IMG/VR virus record: IMGVR_UViG_3300050011_000078
Coordinates: 1 to 62,264 of that record
Length of the DNA: 62,264 nucleotides
Reading direction: 5' to 3' (one strand)
Source of the DNA: a virus
Taxonomy: Duplodnaviria; Caudoviricetes
Shown here: piece after piece, positions 38,037 to 48,286 of the stretch
How the letters are laid out: every line of letters starts with the position of its first letter
Numbering within the stretch: the stretch's first letter is position 1
Program-made: the position numbers and the translations under genes
The notes under the pieces: model-generated
What the model saw: only the letters and a program-made list of their open reading frames with translations
Told to the model about the DNA's origin: nothing
The model's database searches: none

Positions 38037-40001
38037 ATGGCCGACAACACGATTAAGGAATTCCTCGTTGGCCTAGGCTGGCAGAGCAACGACGCTCAAT
38101 ATGCCAAATTCGCGTCCATGCTTGAGGGGGCGACCCTCAAGGCGAATCTGCTCGCGACAGCCCTCGAAGAGGGCGCGCGCAAGGTATACGATAGCGTCAA
38201 GGGCATCGCAGAGAGCTTCGAAGGCCTATATTATGCGGCCGCGCGCGCTGGGACATCCGCCGCCGGCATGAAGGCATTTGAATATGCCGCTTCCCAATTA
38301 GGGAGCACGGTAGAAGAGGCCCGCGCATCGCTCGTAGCGATGGGAAAGGCGGTGCAATACGACAACCCTGGCAATATCGCAGCGCTTAACGCACTCGGAT
38401 TCGGCTATGATAAAGTCACCAAAAAGATAGAATATCAGAAAGATCTCGCGGAAAAAGCGGCGAGGTTGCCGGACTATATACGATCCAAATACGCCGCAAT
38501 GGTCGGCCTAGACCTGCATACCTTGCAGGCGATGAAAGATGTCGGCACATTCCAGGCCCGCATTGACGAGAGCCGGAAATCCATGGCCGCCGCCGGGCTT
38601 GACCCCGCGAAGGCCGCGGCCGACGCAGTTGAATTTGGGAATGCGCAGCGCAAGCTATTTAACGACATCGGGAACGATTACGACAAGCTCGTAACGACGA
38701 TGATGAAGGATTTGACGCCTGGGCTCAAAGACCTCGACAAGTGGCTGGGCGAGCATCAACCGGAAATATTGAAGGACATTGACGACGTCGCGAAAGCCGT
38801 CACCTCGTTGGTGGAAGGCTTCAAGTATCTCTTAAAGCTGAACGAAGATTCCGCGAATTGGGACGTTACGAAGTCTTTAGGCGCCTTCATGGGGATAGGC
38901 CCGCCAGGCAAGACCGGGCTTGGCGCCGCGATTTTCCAGCCTCAACCGAACAGTCCCGATCCTAACAAGCGAGAAGGGGGATGGGGCGGCGCGTGGGGGT
39001 GGGTCAAAGGAATGTTTGGGGGCGGTGGCGGCGACGCGGCCGCGCCGAGTTCGGACGATCTCGACAAGCTGCGCAAGGCCATGGGCGGCGGCGCGACGCG
39101 CGGCATCGACTTTGGCGGCGGGAAGGATATCTCGCTCTTGCGCGCCACGGACGGCGGCGCGAATGGGACCGGCTTTGGCCCCAACTCCGGCGCTCCTCGC
39201 GATATAGGAACCATCAAGGTCAACGGGGTGTCGGTCGATTCCGGCAATCCACTTCCAGTTACATTCGACACGTCGGGCTTTGGCAGTTCGGCCGGCGGCG
39301 CCGGCGGCGGCCTCTTTGGCTCGATAGGCGCTGGCATCAAGAGCTTATTCGGCGGCAGCGGCGGCAACGGCGGTCCAATGGCTGAAAAGCCGGTCGGCCA
39401 TTGGTGGACGCCGGAACGCATGGCGTATGCGGCGGACTATCTCATGAAGAATGCCAACCTGACAAAGGAAGGCGCGGCGGGACTCGTCGCTCGAATGGCG
39501 GGAGTAGAGTCGCCGCAGGGTCCGGGATCGCTCAACCCCATTTCCGGAGCCGCCGGGATCGCGCAAGGGCTCGGCGATCGACGTGCCGGCTATACCGGAA
39601 CCTTCGAACAGCAACTTGCAAACGAAGCTCGCGAATTGAACACGACAGAGAAGCGCGCGGGCAATATTCTCCGCGCAGCGCATACGGCGGCGGAGGCCAA
39701 GCGCGGCGCATCGGCGTTCGAGCGGGCGGAAGGTTACAACGGGCAGACAGGGCTAGACAATTTCACCAACGCGACGCCATACAATGACGTCATGTCAAAG
39801 ATCGATGCGTTCCACAATTCGCAATTGGGCGGCGATACCCACCATCACGACAACAGCGTGACGGGATCGCATAACGTCATCCACAACAACATCACGGTCG
39901 ACGGATCGCAGGACCCGGGGGCAACCGCAAATATGATCGCTGCACATGTCAAAAGGGCGTCCCAAGACTTGACGCGTGACATGGTGGGGGCGACCCAATG
40001 A
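38037..40001 (+). CDS. tape measure protein with C-terminal tail-lysozyme-like domain
   Basis: TIKEFLVGLG; helical N-terminus; GAAGLVARM..ES..GAAGIAQ.LG.R..FER. Confidence 0.85.
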   Translation: MADNTIKEFLVGLGWQSNDAQYAKFASMLEGATLKANLLATALEEGARKVYDSVKGIAESFEGLYYAAARAGTSAAGMKAFEYAASQLGSTVEEARASLVAMGKAVQYDNPGNIAALNALGFGYDKVTKKIEYQKDLAEKAARLPDYIRSKYAAMVGLDLHTLQAMKDVGTFQARIDESRKSMAAAGLDPAKAAADAVEFGNAQRKLFNDIGNDYDKLVTTMMKDLTPGLKDLDKWLGEHQPEILKDIDDVAKAVTSLVEGFKYLLKLNEDSANWDVTKSLGAFMGIGPPGKTGLGAAIFQPQPNSPDPNKREGGWGGAWGWVKGMFGGGGGDAAAPSSDDLDKLRKAMGGGATRGIDFGGGKDISLLRATDGGANGTGFGPNSGAPRDIGTIKVNGVSVDSGNPLPVTFDTSGFGSSAGGAGGGLFGSIGAGIKSLFGGSGGNGGPMAEKPVGHWWTPERMAYAADYLMKNANLTKEGAAGLVARMAGVESPQGPGSLNPISGAAGIAQGLGDRRAGYTGTFEQQLANEARELNTTEKRAGNILRAAHTAAEAKRGASAFERAEGYNGQTGLDNFTNATPYNDVMSKIDAFHNSQLGGDTHHHDNSVTGSHNVIHNNITVDGSQDPGATANMIAAHVKRASQDLTRDMVGATQ

Positions 40002-40711
40002 GCGACATTTTCGGGGCGCTCATCGGCGACGCTATCTCGAATTTCGCGCTGATCGGCTACACCGGCCGATCGATCGGGACTCTGATCCCTGACGTCGTTG
40101 TCGAAGAAACGCACCACGACGAAGCGACGATTACCCAGCACCCAGTTGAAGTCGGCGCGCCGATAACCGACCACGCCTATATGCAGCCATATACGGTTGA
40201 AATCCGTTGCGGATGGTCGGACTCTTCCATGCAAAGCGAGGGCTTTGTCCAGGAAGTCTATCAGCAGCTCTTGGCGATGCAATCGGCGTTGCAGCCGATC
40301 GACATTATCACGGGCAAGCGCGCCTATACGGGAATGCTCCTTCGCAGCCTAGCGGTGAAAACCGACGAGACTTCGGAATTCGCCCTGATGGTTATCGCGC
40401 TCGCGCAGCAAGTCATCATCACCGATACGCAAACCACGGCGGCGAGCGCGAGCTCTAGCGCGAACACGGATGGGTCTTCGACGGTCGCTAGCGCCAATGC
40501 GCCGACCCTTGGCGACGGGACTCAGTCGACAAGTGGCGGATTCACCGTATCGGGCGGCGCGGCGCCGGTCACGACCAACTCGATCACTCCAGGCGCCGAC
40601 GGGACGTTCGGATTCTCGAATTCTCCGTATTCCGGCGGTCAAGTCTCCTTGCAGCCGGCGCCTTCCGGGACGCCGACAGTCGAAACCATCACGGGCGTTG
40701 GTCATCAATAA
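39998..40711 (+). CDS. Dit-like baseplate/tail tube initiator
   Basis: PDVVVEE.H.D...IT.HPVE.GA.ITDHAY..TGKR.Y..ML. Confidence 0.85.
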   Translation: MSDIFGALIGDAISNFALIGYTGRSIGTLIPDVVVEETHHDEATITQHPVEVGAPITDHAYMQPYTVEIRCGWSDSSMQSEGFVQEVYQQLLAMQSALQPIDIITGKRAYTGMLLRSLAVKTDETSEFALMVIALAQQVIITDTQTTAASASSSANTDGSSTVASANAPTLGDGTQSTSGGFTVSGGAAPVTTNSITPGADGTFGFSNSPYSGGQVSLQPAPSGTPTVETITGVGHQ

Positions 40712-40723
40712 AGGGGTGTGACG

Positions 40724-41050
40724 ATGGCGGCGGAAACGGTTTTCGAAATACCGCTTTCGCCCCAGCCTAAGACCTTCTCGATCAAGTTTCCTAATGGCGT
40801 CTTCTACACGCTGCGCCTGATCTATCTTTTCACGCCAAATGATTGCTGGCTGCTCGATATCAACGACGCGCATGGGAACCCGATCGTTTGCGGGATTCCT
40901 CTCGTGACCGGCGCGGACCTGCTCGCGCAATATGCCTATCTCAATTTCGGCTGCAAGCTGTTCTGCACGGTCGATGGCGACTCCACGGGAGCTGTCCCGA
41001 AATTCTATTCGCTTGGAATCACATCTCACCTGTGGCTTGAGACTCCCTGA
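40724..41050 (+). CDS. baseplate small protein
   Basis: EIPL.P....F.I..W.LDI.D..G.PLVTGADLL.QY. Confidence 0.8.
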   Translation: MAAETVFEIPLSPQPKTFSIKFPNGVFYTLRLIYLFTPNDCWLLDINDAHGNPIVCGIPLVTGADLLAQYAYLNFGCKLFCTVDGDSTGAVPKFYSLGITSHLWLETP

Positions 41051-42036
41051 TGAGCCAGAACTACGGCCGCGCCTGCACGATCGTTGCTGGCGGGACAACC
41101 TATGTCCTAGTCGAGGGCGTCGGCCCGCCGATCGGCCTTCGCGGGCGATTCTCCGTGAAATTATTCGCGGACGGGCTGACGCTCAACAAAGCTGTCGTCA
41201 GAATCAGCAATCCTCTGCCCGCCACGGCGCAGCAATTCGTCACGCCACAAGCCGAAGGCCTCCCACTCACGATCACGGCCGGATATACGGACAACAGCGC
41301 GATCATCTTCTCCGGCTTTCTCCGGCAAGCAATTTACGGGCGCGACTCGCCGACCGACACGGTTTTGACCCTGATCGGCGCGGACACTGACAAGGCGCAC
41401 AATTACGGAACCATCAGCCAGACGCTGGCCGCCGGCTCGACGCCGATGGATCAAATCAACGCCGCTGTTACAGCTATGGCGAAGGCTGGCCAGATCGCGG
41501 TCGGCTATCTCGACCCAGCCCTGAATTTGTTGCAGCCGGTCTTCCCGCGCGCCGTGGCGTTATACGGCATGGGCCGCGACGTGCTCTTGAACGTCGCCAA
41601 GTCGAAACAGGCGAACGTGAGCTATCAGCAAGGGCAGGTTCAAATGCTCGGCGCGCAGGCATCAATCCCCGGAAGCGCTTTCGTGCTGAACACGAATACC
41701 GGCCTGGTCGGAATGCCGACGCAGACCGTCGGCGGAATTATGGCGCGAATCCTCATCAACCCCAGCGTGAAAATCAACACGTCGGTCCAGATTGCGCAAT
41801 CACTCGTTCAGGGTGCGCAACTCCCTCTCGGGCCAGACGGCAATATCGCCCCAAACCTGACCCCAAATGTCGCCGCCGATGGATTCTATAAGGTCTTGGG
41901 GATCGATTTCGACGGGGATACGCGCGGCAACCCTTGGTATATGGACCTGGCGTGCATCAGCGTCTTGGGTGTCGGCGGCAATCCGTCCCTCATCCCGAGA
42001 CCCCTTCTTGGCGCCGCCGCGGGGCCGCCGGTATGA
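41050..42036 (+). CDS. baseplate hub protein
   Basis: AGY......IF.G; L...TGLVGMP.QT; DGFYKV.....GDTRG.PWY. Confidence 0.85.
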   Translation: MSQNYGRACTIVAGGTTYVLVEGVGPPIGLRGRFSVKLFADGLTLNKAVVRISNPLPATAQQFVTPQAEGLPLTITAGYTDNSAIIFSGFLRQAIYGRDSPTDTVLTLIGADTDKAHNYGTISQTLAAGSTPMDQINAAVTAMAKAGQIAVGYLDPALNLLQPVFPRAVALYGMGRDVLLNVAKSKQANVSYQQGQVQMLGAQASIPGSAFVLNTNTGLVGMPTQTVGGIMARILINPSVKINTSVQIAQSLVQGAQLPLGPDGNIAPNLTPNVAADGFYKVLGIDFDGDTRGNPWYMDLACISVLGVGGNPSLIPRPLLGAAAGPPV

Positions 42037-43619
42037 TTACGAACCTCGAACGGCTCGACAGCAACGACCTTGCCGTTCGTATCGCCATAGAGGGCGCGCT
42101 CACGCGCTTCTGGACAGCCATTCCGGCGATCGCCCAGGCGACTAGCGACGGCCATACAATGTCCGCGCAGGCGTCCATCAACGGAATCCAGCGCCAATTC
42201 GACGGCTCGATCCAAAACCTGCCGTTGCCGCCATTCAACGATGTCCCCGTTCATTTCACGGGCGGCGGCGGCGTCACGTCGACGCATCCGGTCGCGTCCG
42301 GCGACGAAGGCCTGATGGTCTTCGCGTCGCGCAATCAAGACTCCTGGCATCAGAGCGGCGGGACGAACAACGATCCGATCGACGGCCGGACGGCGCACCT
42401 GTCGGATGGCCGATGGATTCCTGGCGGCCGCTCGGACCCGCGCAAGCTGGCGAATGTCAACACGACTGAAATTCATCAGCGCACCGACGACGCCAAACAC
42501 ACGTCTGCGGTTGGCCCGACCGGCATCACACATAAGTCTGTTCCGGCGTCCGACAGCGCGACCGACCCTTACGGGGCCGCGACGACTTTCTATGCGAGCT
42601 TTGTCCAGGCGGCGAGTGGTATCGCGCATCAAGCCGTATCGCCGGGCGTGATGCATCAAATTACGAACGATCTGACCGCTGGTCCTCGGATGAGAGCGTC
42701 GAACGACGCGCATATCATTCAGAACCATCCGACCAACGGTCCATTGCTGACATCATCGTCCGGCTCCAACGCCATGTCGGCGGCGATCAACCCGTCGTCT
42801 GGCTTCAACCTGTCGGCCACCTTCGGCGCGGCAGTCCACACCATGCTGATGGGAACCGGCGGCATAAGCCTCAATTCGTCAGTCGCGATTGGATTCAGCG
42901 CGCCGTCGATGAGTTTTCCATCAGCGTCCATCGGCGGCGCGGCGCTCCAGACGAACTCCGTCAACGGCACCGTTCTCATCAACGGGACGGTGGCTGCCGC
43001 CGCGCTGACGAACGGATTTACCGGCTCTGGCGCTTTTGTGCGGGCGACCGGAGCAAGCATGGGCGTCATGTCGCTTGGCGGTTCCGGCAGCACCAATGTT
43101 ATTAGTCTGACTGGCTACAGCGGCGCCCTCGGCAACGACGGCATACTGATGATTCCCTTCGCTGTGCCAGCGACCCCCATAGCATTTGAGAACGCGGTAG
43201 GAGGCGTGGTTGGCTCCATAACAACTAATGGCTCCGCGACAGCCTACAACCTTTCGTCAGATGAGCGATTGAAGAAGATTCACGGGCCGCACGATCCACG
43301 CGAGGGCCTGGCGCGCGTCCTGCGCATCAAGCTCTATGAGGGCGAGTTTCACGAGGAGCCCGGCGAGGTTCACACGCTCCTACTCGCCCACGAGCTGCAG
43401 GAGATCAATCCGCGCGCCGTTACCGGCAAGCGCGGCGCGATGCGAATGACGCGGCCCGTGCTTGACGACGAAGGAAACGAAATAGAGCCGTCGCGCGAGG
43501 TTATCGCTCCGCAACAGGTCGATTACAGCAAGATCGTCCCAGACTTGATCGCCGCCAATCAGGCATTGGCGGCCGAAATTGCCGAACTCCGCACGATGTT
43601 AGAAGGGCGACCGGCATGA
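42033..43619 (+). CDS. Gp138-like baseplate spike with C-terminal S74 intramolecular chaperone
   Basis: DVPV.F.GGGG...T.PV..GDEG..VF..R..D.W; YNLSSDERLKK..LLAHELQE..P.AV..VDYSKIVP.LI. Confidence 0.8.
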   Translation: MITNLERLDSNDLAVRIAIEGALTRFWTAIPAIAQATSDGHTMSAQASINGIQRQFDGSIQNLPLPPFNDVPVHFTGGGGVTSTHPVASGDEGLMVFASRNQDSWHQSGGTNNDPIDGRTAHLSDGRWIPGGRSDPRKLANVNTTEIHQRTDDAKHTSAVGPTGITHKSVPASDSATDPYGAATTFYASFVQAASGIAHQAVSPGVMHQITNDLTAGPRMRASNDAHIIQNHPTNGPLLTSSSGSNAMSAAINPSSGFNLSATFGAAVHTMLMGTGGISLNSSVAIGFSAPSMSFPSASIGGAALQTNSVNGTVLINGTVAAAALTNGFTGSGAFVRATGASMGVMSLGGSGSTNVISLTGYSGALGNDGILMIPFAVPATPIAFENAVGGVVGSITTNGSATAYNLSSDERLKKIHGPHDPREGLARVLRIKLYEGEFHEEPGEVHTLLLAHELQEINPRAVTGKRGAMRMTRPVLDDEGNEIEPSREVIAPQQVDYSKIVPDLIAANQALAAEIAELRTMLEGRPA

Positions 43620-43834
43620 CAACTGAAAAATGCGTTATCGCAGACCCCAATAAGACAGCCGGCCGCGCCTTCATATTCATCGTTGAGCTGGGGCGTGATA
43701 AGCGCATCAGCTCTATCGAGGCGGCGTTTCTACATGTCGCCATATGGCCGCTCATCGAGAAGGAAAGCGACGAAGCCGAAGCCGAAGCGACGCGCGTCGC
43801 CATGGTCCATTCCTGCAACGGCGCGGTCAACTGA
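43616..43834 (+). CDS. hypothetical protein
   Basis: ATGA-coupled short ORF. Confidence 0.35.
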   Translation: MTTEKCVIADPNKTAGRAFIFIVELGRDKRISSIEAAFLHVAIWPLIEKESDEAEAEATRVAMVHSCNGAVN

Positions 43835-43835
43835 A

Positions 43836-44189
43836 ATGCGCTTGCGCATGCAGGACGCCAACGGCGATCGGTTGTTCGGCCAGGGTCAAGCGAACTTTTG
43901 GATCAACGTTCCCGATGCCGCCGGGCAGCTCGCGCAGACCCGCATGGCTCTTTGGCTCGGGCAATGGTTCTTGAACACGCCAGACGGCACGCCATGGCTG
44001 ACAAAGGTGCTCGGGAAATACAAGGGCTCGACGCGCGACGCGGCGATCCAGGCGCGCATTCTCGGAACTCCAGGCGTCAAGGCCATCCTCGCCTATGCGA
44101 GCCAGCTTAACCGCGACACGCGCGTCTGGAACGTCCAGGCGACGATCGACACGACATTCGGTCAAATAAAGATTGCGGGGCCTGCCTGA
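43836..44189 (+). CDS. baseplate wedge subunit
   Basis: MR.R..DANGD..FG..TR..LW.G.WFL....GTPW..RIL.TPGV. Confidence 0.85.
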   Translation: MRLRMQDANGDRLFGQGQANFWINVPDAAGQLAQTRMALWLGQWFLNTPDGTPWLTKVLGKYKGSTRDAAIQARILGTPGVKAILAYASQLNRDTRVWNVQATIDTTFGQIKIAGPA

Positions 44190-45463
44190 TGGGATCGACG
44201 CCGGTTGCTACAGTCGACGCGACTGGAATCCACAAGCCGACCATTGCCGCTTGCCTGACCTATTTCAATGAGGGCTATCAGTCGATCTATGGATCAGACG
44301 TCATCATCGAGTCCTCGACCCAGGACGGCGAATTACTCGGCTTGCTCGCCTCGGCCGTCGACGATGCCAACGCGATGGCCGTTCAGACCTATAACGCCTA
44401 TTCGCCCGCGACAGCGCAGGGCGCCGGTCTTTCGAGTAATGTCAAGATCAACGGACTCGCAAGAGAAATCCCGACGTTCTCGACGGCTCCCTTGCTGCTT
44501 GTCGGCACCGTCGGCACCACGATCACCAACGGAATCGCGGAAGACGCAAACCAGAATCAATGGTCGCTCGGCGCAACCCCGATCATCATTCCGTCGGCCG
44601 GCCAGATCACCGCGACCGCGACATGCACGACGCTTGGCGCCATCGCCGCGCCGATCGGGACCATAACCCAGATCAAGACGCAGACTCGAGGCTGGCAGAC
44701 GGTCAGCAACACCGCTGCCGCCACGCCTGGCGCGCCGGTAGAGTCCGATCCGACGCTGCGTATTCGCCAGGCCGTTTCGACGATGGCGCCGGCTCAAGGG
44801 CCGCTTGCGGCCGTCCTATCGGCCGTCGCGGCCATTCCTGGCGTTGCCCCGTTCATTGGCTACGAGAACACCACCAACGCCTTGGACACGAACGGCGCGC
44901 CCGGCCATACAATTTACGTCGTCACCACCGGCGGCGACTCTGTGGCGATCGCTTCGGCTATCAACATCGCCAAGCAGGGCGGCACGGGAACTTTCGGCAC
45001 CACCACCGAGACAATCGTAGACGCTTACGGCGTTCCTCACCCCGTTAACTTCTTTTTTGCGACGCAAGAGCCGATAATCTGGGGCGTTTCGATTCAGCCC
45101 CTCAATGGCTTTAGCACCAACACGAACGCGCTGATCCAGGCCTCGCTCGCCGCTTGGACGAACAGCCTGGGAATCGGCACGGATATTCAACTGTCGCGCG
45201 CCTATGCCGCGGGATATTTGCAGCCGAGCATTCAAGCTGCCACCGCGCAGCTACAGGCCGACATGGCGGCGAACGCTCTACCGGCGACGCTCGCGGCGGA
45301 CCTTGCGGCCATAACAAGTCTAAATGCTGCGGCCCAAACTTATGAAATCACCGCCCTGACGGTCGCCATCAGCCCCGCCGCCCTGGCTGCCCTTGACGTG
45401 CCGATCTTGTTCAATCAGTCAGCGCAAAGCCTTTCCGCCAGCGTAACCGTCACGGTGATATAA
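44189..45463 (+). CDS. baseplate J-like protein
   Basis: IYGSD..QDG..SPATA.G.GL...VKING; ESD..LR.R; YEN.T...D.NG.P.H. Confidence 0.9.
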   Translation: MGSTPVATVDATGIHKPTIAACLTYFNEGYQSIYGSDVIIESSTQDGELLGLLASAVDDANAMAVQTYNAYSPATAQGAGLSSNVKINGLAREIPTFSTAPLLLVGTVGTTITNGIAEDANQNQWSLGATPIIIPSAGQITATATCTTLGAIAAPIGTITQIKTQTRGWQTVSNTAAATPGAPVESDPTLRIRQAVSTMAPAQGPLAAVLSAVAAIPGVAPFIGYENTTNALDTNGAPGHTIYVVTTGGDSVAIASAINIAKQGGTGTFGTTTETIVDAYGVPHPVNFFFATQEPIIWGVSIQPLNGFSTNTNALIQASLAAWTNSLGIGTDIQLSRAYAAGYLQPSIQAATAQLQADMAANALPATLAADLAAITSLNAAAQTYEITALTVAISPAALAALDVPILFNQSAQSLSASVTVTVI

Positions 45464-46356
45464 TGCGGGCGGGATCCGACTACCTCGCTCTCATTCCGCC
45501 GGAGCACGCCGGCAAGCCGAAATTCACGGCCGAAGTCGCGCTCGTCACGCAGCCGTTTGCCGATCTTCAAACACTTATGGCGTCTCTGCCAAGCCTGTTC
45601 GATCTCGACCTAGCGATCGGCGTCCAGCTAGATGCGACCGGCGCATGGATCGGCCTGTCTCGCTTTGTCCCTATCCCGATTCCCAACTCATATTTTTCGT
45701 TCGACATGCCTGGGCTCGGCTTCGACCAGGGCTATTGGTTCGGAACATTCGAGGCCAACTCGACTTACCTTACGAAGCTTGATGACGACACCTATCGCCG
45801 ACTGCTTCGCGCGAAAGTCCTTTGCAACAACAGCGATGGGACGATCGCCGACATTCAGGGAATTTTGAACGCCTATTTCCCTGCTTCCCTCTATCCGTCG
45901 ACGAACGTCTTCGTCATTGACGGGATTTCTCCACCAATCGGCCAGTTCTTCTCGTTCGATGATCCGTTGCGGGGATACGACACCGGCATCTGGTGGGTTA
46001 GTAATGATTCTTCCCCCTATGCGACGAACGACATGAAGATCATCGTTGCGATCTCTGGCGTTCTGCCGACCGTCGTCGATCTCGAAGTGCTGAAGCAACA
46101 AATCCTCCCGTTTAGAGGCGCGGGCGTTCGCATCGAATGGGAAGTCGTGACTTCCCAGGGTGCGCCAGTATTCGGCCTCGATATCGAGAACGAATTCATA
46201 AGCGGCCTCGACGGCGGCGCCTGGGGCGCTGATCCCGGAGTCGTCGCCGGCCTGTTGCCTACGCTTGCGCCTCCGCCGCCTCCCCCGCCTCCCCCGCCTC
46301 CCCCGCCTCCCCCGCCTCTGTCGGGATCTCCGACGTTCTACATTTTAGGATTCTGA
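45463..46356 (+). CDS. DUF2612 baseplate wedge protein with poly-Pro tail
   Basis: FDLD.A.GVQLD..G.WIG.SR; LDDDTYR.LLRAK...N. Confidence 0.85.
   Translation: MRAGSDYLALIPPEHAGKPKFTAEVALVTQPFADLQTLMASLPSLFDLDLAIGVQLDATGAWIGLSRFVPIPIPNSYFSFDMPGLGFDQGYWFGTFEANSTYLTKLDDDTYRRLLRAKVLCNNSDGTIADIQGILNAYFPASLYPSTNVFVIDGISPPIGQFFSFDDPLRGYDTGIWWVSNDSSPYATNDMKIIVAISGVLPTVVDLEVLKQQILPFRGAGVRIEWEVVTSQGAPVFGLDIENEFISGLDGGAWGADPGVVAGLLPTLAPPPPPPPPPPPPPPPPLSGSPTFYILGF
46270..46317 (+). repeat. (CCTCCCCCG)n microsatellite encoding Pro16
   Basis: 16 consecutive Pro codons. Confidence 0.9.
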
Positions 46357-46359
46357 TAA

Positions 46360-47229
46360 ATGTCGAATCTAACATCCGTCGGAATTACGGCCGGCGTTCC
46401 GACTTCTGGCACGGGAACCGTGTCGACGATCGACGCCTTGATGGCTGACGGCGGGCAGGCTACTGTCGGATCGATGGTGGATACCGCATACACAACAGGA
46501 TCCGGTTCGCTTGTCGCTATTCTTAAGGGTTTATTCGGCAAGATTAGCGCAGCCCTTGTCGCTCAGGGCTCAACGACATCTGGGCAGTCTGGCGAGCTAA
46601 CTCTAGCCGCCGTCACGACTGCCAGTCCGTCATACACGTCTGCGCAGACGTCACCCCTCTCGCTCGACGTCAATGGCGGCCTTCGCGTCAATGTTATCGC
46701 CGGCGGCGCCGGCGGCGGAGTCGTCACACAAGCGACTGGAACCAACCTTCATACTGTTGTCGACTCCTTGCCTCCCGTCCTTGGCTCCGGCGCCGCAGTC
46801 ACGGTTACGCCAACGGTTACTGCCGGCGCCTATACGGCCGGCTACGTCATGGGCGGTATTATGACGTTCGCGAGCATTTTGCCGGCGTCGTTCAATGGAA
46901 TTTTGGAAAGCCTTGCGCTTCGCTTTAAGGGCACGTTGCAGACCGGAAGTTTCGCCGTCGCGTTGTTTTCCGCGTCGCCTGCCGGCACGTTTGCCGATCA
47001 CGGCGCCCCCGCGATTGCTGGCGCCGATACCGCGCTACTTCTCGGCGTTTATCAATTGAGCGCAGCGCAGAGCGAACTCGGAACGCATACGATTTATTGC
47101 CTCGACGGCATAGGAAAGCAGATTGTCGGCGCCTCGACCTCGCTATTCGCAGTTGTGGTTGCGATCACGACGCCGACCGCCCCGGCGTCAACCTCTGAAA
47201 TGTCGCTACAGATTGGCGTGGTGCAGTAA
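46360..47229 (+). CDS. tail-associated structural protein
   Basis: Ser/Thr/Gly/Ala-rich; VTPTVTAGAY.AG. Confidence 0.65.
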   Translation: MSNLTSVGITAGVPTSGTGTVSTIDALMADGGQATVGSMVDTAYTTGSGSLVAILKGLFGKISAALVAQGSTTSGQSGELTLAAVTTASPSYTSAQTSPLSLDVNGGLRVNVIAGGAGGGVVTQATGTNLHTVVDSLPPVLGSGAAVTVTPTVTAGAYTAGYVMGGIMTFASILPASFNGILESLALRFKGTLQTGSFAVALFSASPAGTFADHGAPAIAGADTALLLGVYQLSAAQSELGTHTIYCLDGIGKQIVGASTSLFAVVVAITTPTAPASTSEMSLQIGVVQ

Positions 47230-48251
47230 TGTTCGGGCCGCAAAAGGCTATCCTGAACCATGCCAATATCCCCTTCCCGCTCTATTACAATTTCACCGAA
47301 TTCAATCTGCCAAATCTGGCAAGCCTGCTTTCGAGCGGAGGCAAAATCCTGTGCGCTGGCGACAGCACGACGGCGGGCTACAATAATACAAACCTGTCGA
47401 GCAGCTACCCATTTCTGCTGCCGGGGGATGTTGGGGGGAATTTAGTTTATGATATGTGCTGCGGCCAGATCGGGGCGGACTCTCGCGTTGCTGGGGGTTC
47501 CACCGGCGGGCAGCCGGGCATAGCTCCTGGCTATCAGCAGACCGGAGCCGATACCCTCGCCTTCACGCCGACTGACAGTTGGGATACGGCAGACATATAT
47601 TTCGCCAAGGGCGGCGTGTCGGGCGTGTCGAACGTCAACATTAACGGCGGCTCGACTCTGGGCTCTCTCAGCACGAGCGGGGCTACCTCGGTTGGTAAGC
47701 TCACGGTAACCGGCACAGCCGGCGTCAACACGCTCAACATCGTCTGGGTTAGCGGTAGTGTCTGGCCACTCGTCATCGACTGCTATCTCAGCACCGCACA
47801 CAAGGCCCGCGTCCTTGGATGCGGTAATAGCGGGGCGACCTCGACCAGTTATTGCAATCAGTCGCAGGGCTTCGCCGCACCTCAGATGATGACTGCGCTG
47901 AATCCCAAACTAACGATCCTAAATATTGGAATCAACGATTGGGAAACAGGCGTAGCCCTGTCTACTTACTCAGCAAATATGCAGAGTATGATTACCAAGA
48001 TTTTGGCTCAGGGCGATTGCATTTTGATGGGGCCAAATTCTACTGGAAATGTTGCAAGTGAAGCGACTCAACTGACCTACATACAAGCTATCAGGCAGCT
48101 AGCCTTCAATAACAACATCCCTATGATTAATATACGGTCAGTCTTGGGAGCATACGCGACGGCGAACTCGGCCGGTTATATGTATAATAACTTGCACCCT
48201 TCCACTACCGGATACGCGATCATCGCTTCGGCGATAGCGGCCAAGCTGTAA
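47229..48251 (+). CDS. SGNH/GDSL esterase (putative tail-associated deacetylase)
   Basis: GDSTT, GNSG, GIND, NLHP blocks. Confidence 0.85.
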   Translation: MFGPQKAILNHANIPFPLYYNFTEFNLPNLASLLSSGGKILCAGDSTTAGYNNTNLSSSYPFLLPGDVGGNLVYDMCCGQIGADSRVAGGSTGGQPGIAPGYQQTGADTLAFTPTDSWDTADIYFAKGGVSGVSNVNINGGSTLGSLSTSGATSVGKLTVTGTAGVNTLNIVWVSGSVWPLVIDCYLSTAHKARVLGCGNSGATSTSYCNQSQGFAAPQMMTALNPKLTILNIGINDWETGVALSTYSANMQSMITKILAQGDCILMGPNSTGNVASEATQLTYIQAIRQLAFNNNIPMINIRSVLGAYATANSAGYMYNNLHPSTTGYAIIASAIAAKL

Positions 48252-48286
48252 CCCACGGGCCGCCCTGGTCTTTAATCGGAGTCACA

